Shown here one piece after another: positions 22,006 to 24,074 of a stretch of DNA of 24,074 nt. Below the pieces are notes generated by a model. It saw nothing but the letters and a program-made list of their open reading frames with translations. It searched no databases and was not told where the DNA came from. The stretch comes from Alloascoidea hylecoeti. Lineage: Eukaryota. Position 1 is the stretch's first letter. The number at the start of each line of letters is the position of its first letter. The position numbers and the translations under genes are program-made. The stretch is from contig BCKZ01000019.1 of assembly GCA_001600815.1 (NCBI GenBank), positions 497,981 to 522,054 on the forward strand, in the 5' to 3' direction.

Positions 22006-24074
22006 CTGTAAGTTTTTTGAATTGGTTTTTATTCAAATTTTTTGTAAGATGATCAGATAAGTTTTCATGTGTTTGTATATAGTAAAGTTCTATAAGTTTT
22101 AGTGCTACAAGTTCACGAGTGTAAAACCATTTAATTTCAAGATGTTTTGACCTATTGCAATANTGATCTGATGAGGATATAGCAGCCATATTATCGTTAA
22201 TTACTTTAATAGTCTCCATTTCAAATCTTAATTCTCTCATAAAGTGATCAATAAATAATGCATTTTTTGTTCCTTCTACTATTCCAACAATCTCACTTTC
22301 ACAGGTAGACAAAGTAATATTTGGAATTTTCTTTGACTTCCAGGAGACCAAATTATTGTTCACAAAAGTCATATAACCAAAAGTAGATGTTCTATCCTTT
22401 TGGTCAGCCCATGATGCATCTGTTATAACTTTGATTTCATTATTTTTGGGTAATTCCATTACCATAGGTTTCTTTTCTTTCATGAATAATGAATTAACAA
22501 TTCCAATGTCCAATCTATTATTTTTCTTATAAGTAATACCAAAAGATTTAGTAGCAATGATGTAGTTTAAAACCCTTTTNGCTGCTTTCATGTTAGAATA
22601 TGTGGGTGATTGTAACTTTCTGGCTAGAATACTAGTTGCATAAGCTATGTCAAATCTCACAGTTGATACAGAGTAGTTTAAAATGCCAATGATTTGTTGA
22701 TACTTGTTAATTTCTTCTTTATTGAGTAATTCAGAATTAACATTGATATCATAGTTCTCTGGTAATGGGGTAGAGTTATAAAAATTGGGTGTTATATTTT
22801 GNTCTTTTTCTACCTTACTGAGATAATCCTTTAATGTGAGTTTAATCCCCCCTTTTTGAGTATTTATTGTTATACCCAAAAACACTTTAGGATTGTAATC
22901 AATTTTNAATGTAAANGCCTTTTGTAACTCTTTTAAAACTTTATCAACATTTGGTTTAGAACCAAAGAGAATTCCATCATCAACATAAATAATGAGCTTA
23001 ACAGTCTCGGATTGAAAAACACAAGGCTCAATTATACTATTCTTAAAACCAATAGTTTTTAAAATATCACTTATCTTGTTATAGAAGTTCATTGGAGATT
23101 GTTTGAGAACATATAAAGATTTGTTAAGTTTCCATTTACAATTTGATTTAGATTTAACACCAGGTGGTGGTTGTAAATAGATGGATTCGTTCAAATTAGA
23201 AGACAAAAAAGCAGTTTTAACATCAAATTGTACCATAAAATTATCAGTATTTGAGGTATGTTGAGCCAATAAAGTTCTTAAACTATCGTGGGAAAAGACT
23301 GGAGCATATGTATTATAATAATTGATGCCTTTGGATTGTGAAAATCCTTTGGCCACCAGTCTAGCCTTGTATAGTGGTTGAGAGTCAATATTTTTTAATG
23401 TAAAAACCCATCTAGAATCAACAATAGAGGATTTTGGAATATAAACTGTCCAATTCATCTTTCATAGCATTAATCCATTTTTCTTTGTTTTTTGATTGTA
23501 ATTACATCTTCATATGTTTTAGGTATTATTTCTGTAGTTGTAGGCATAAGGAGTAATATTTCATCATCATCTTCTTTTTCAGCATCAAAATATTCAGATA
23601 AGGATTGATCTAATTTTGTTAATGATGTTAATTGTTTATTTGATTTATTTTCAGCAACATGTAAATTCTTAGGTTTTCTTGTAATTTGTCTTTCAAGAAC
23701 ATTTAACGGATCATCATCTTCAATTATTTCTTCCACAACATAATCATGCTTATCATCATCTAAATTGTCAATATGTTTTTGATAATTTGAGACTGGAATA
23801 AGACGTTTCTTTGGTGTTGATGTAACAAAATCTTTCATAATAGTATCACCAGCAGAATCAATGGATGAATTATTTTTGTTATCAAATATTATGGGTTCTT
23901 CTAAGGGAGCAAAAGTAGTAGTTGGTAGTTTTGACTTTGTTACTGTATTGTTGAAATGTAACGCATTTATGGAAGCATCTGTGATGTAATCATTTGGAAT
24001 ATATTGTTCTGGTTCTGGTGAGTTGGACATAATAGAATTTGTTGAAAAATACTTCTTACATACTTCGATTTATT

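Larger units (their letters stand above)
21710..24074 (-). mobile_element. Element B: Ty1/copia retrotransposon (integrase C-terminal region, RT, RNase H, 3' LTR); continues beyond the window
   Basis: Motifs YKARLVAKGFSQ..GINY..TYAPV, QFDVKTAFL, YVDDG, TDASWA and SDHLTK; copia domain order. Two frame disruptions at ~23440-23505. Confidence 0.95.

Noticed and set aside
23440..23505. Programmed frameshift in element B
   Set aside because: It lies within pol rather than at gag-pol, comes with a deletion, and A is continuous across the same segment.

Overview
AT-rich budding-yeast (Saccharomycotina) genomic DNA. It appears to use the standard code, since CTG falls at conserved Leu positions in HEM2, and it has short introns with relaxed splice signals. 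The left ~17 kb is a housekeeping block: a CWP1/Pga29-31-like GPI cell-wall protein, a 3-exon TTC1-like TPR gene, VPS20, HEM2, a PITH-domain gene, TRM10, RFC4 and a 3-exon PTR2 peptide transporter. Three consecutive promoters carry Reb1-type sites, and DNA-transposon/LTR-like relics lie between genes. Right after PTR2 the window becomes a retrotransposon graveyard: candidate solo LTRs, then three nested or abutting Ty1/copia copies (A on +, B and C on -). A and C meet tail-to-tail with no LTRs between them, forming an ~800-bp imperfect palindrome. B is inserted into C and carries an unusually short (160 bp) LTR with non-canonical TG...TA ends and a conserved hairpin; a solo copy of that LTR sits inside A with a 5-bp TSD. 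The cluster may be the edge of a retrotransposon-cluster centromere or other heterochromatin (inference).
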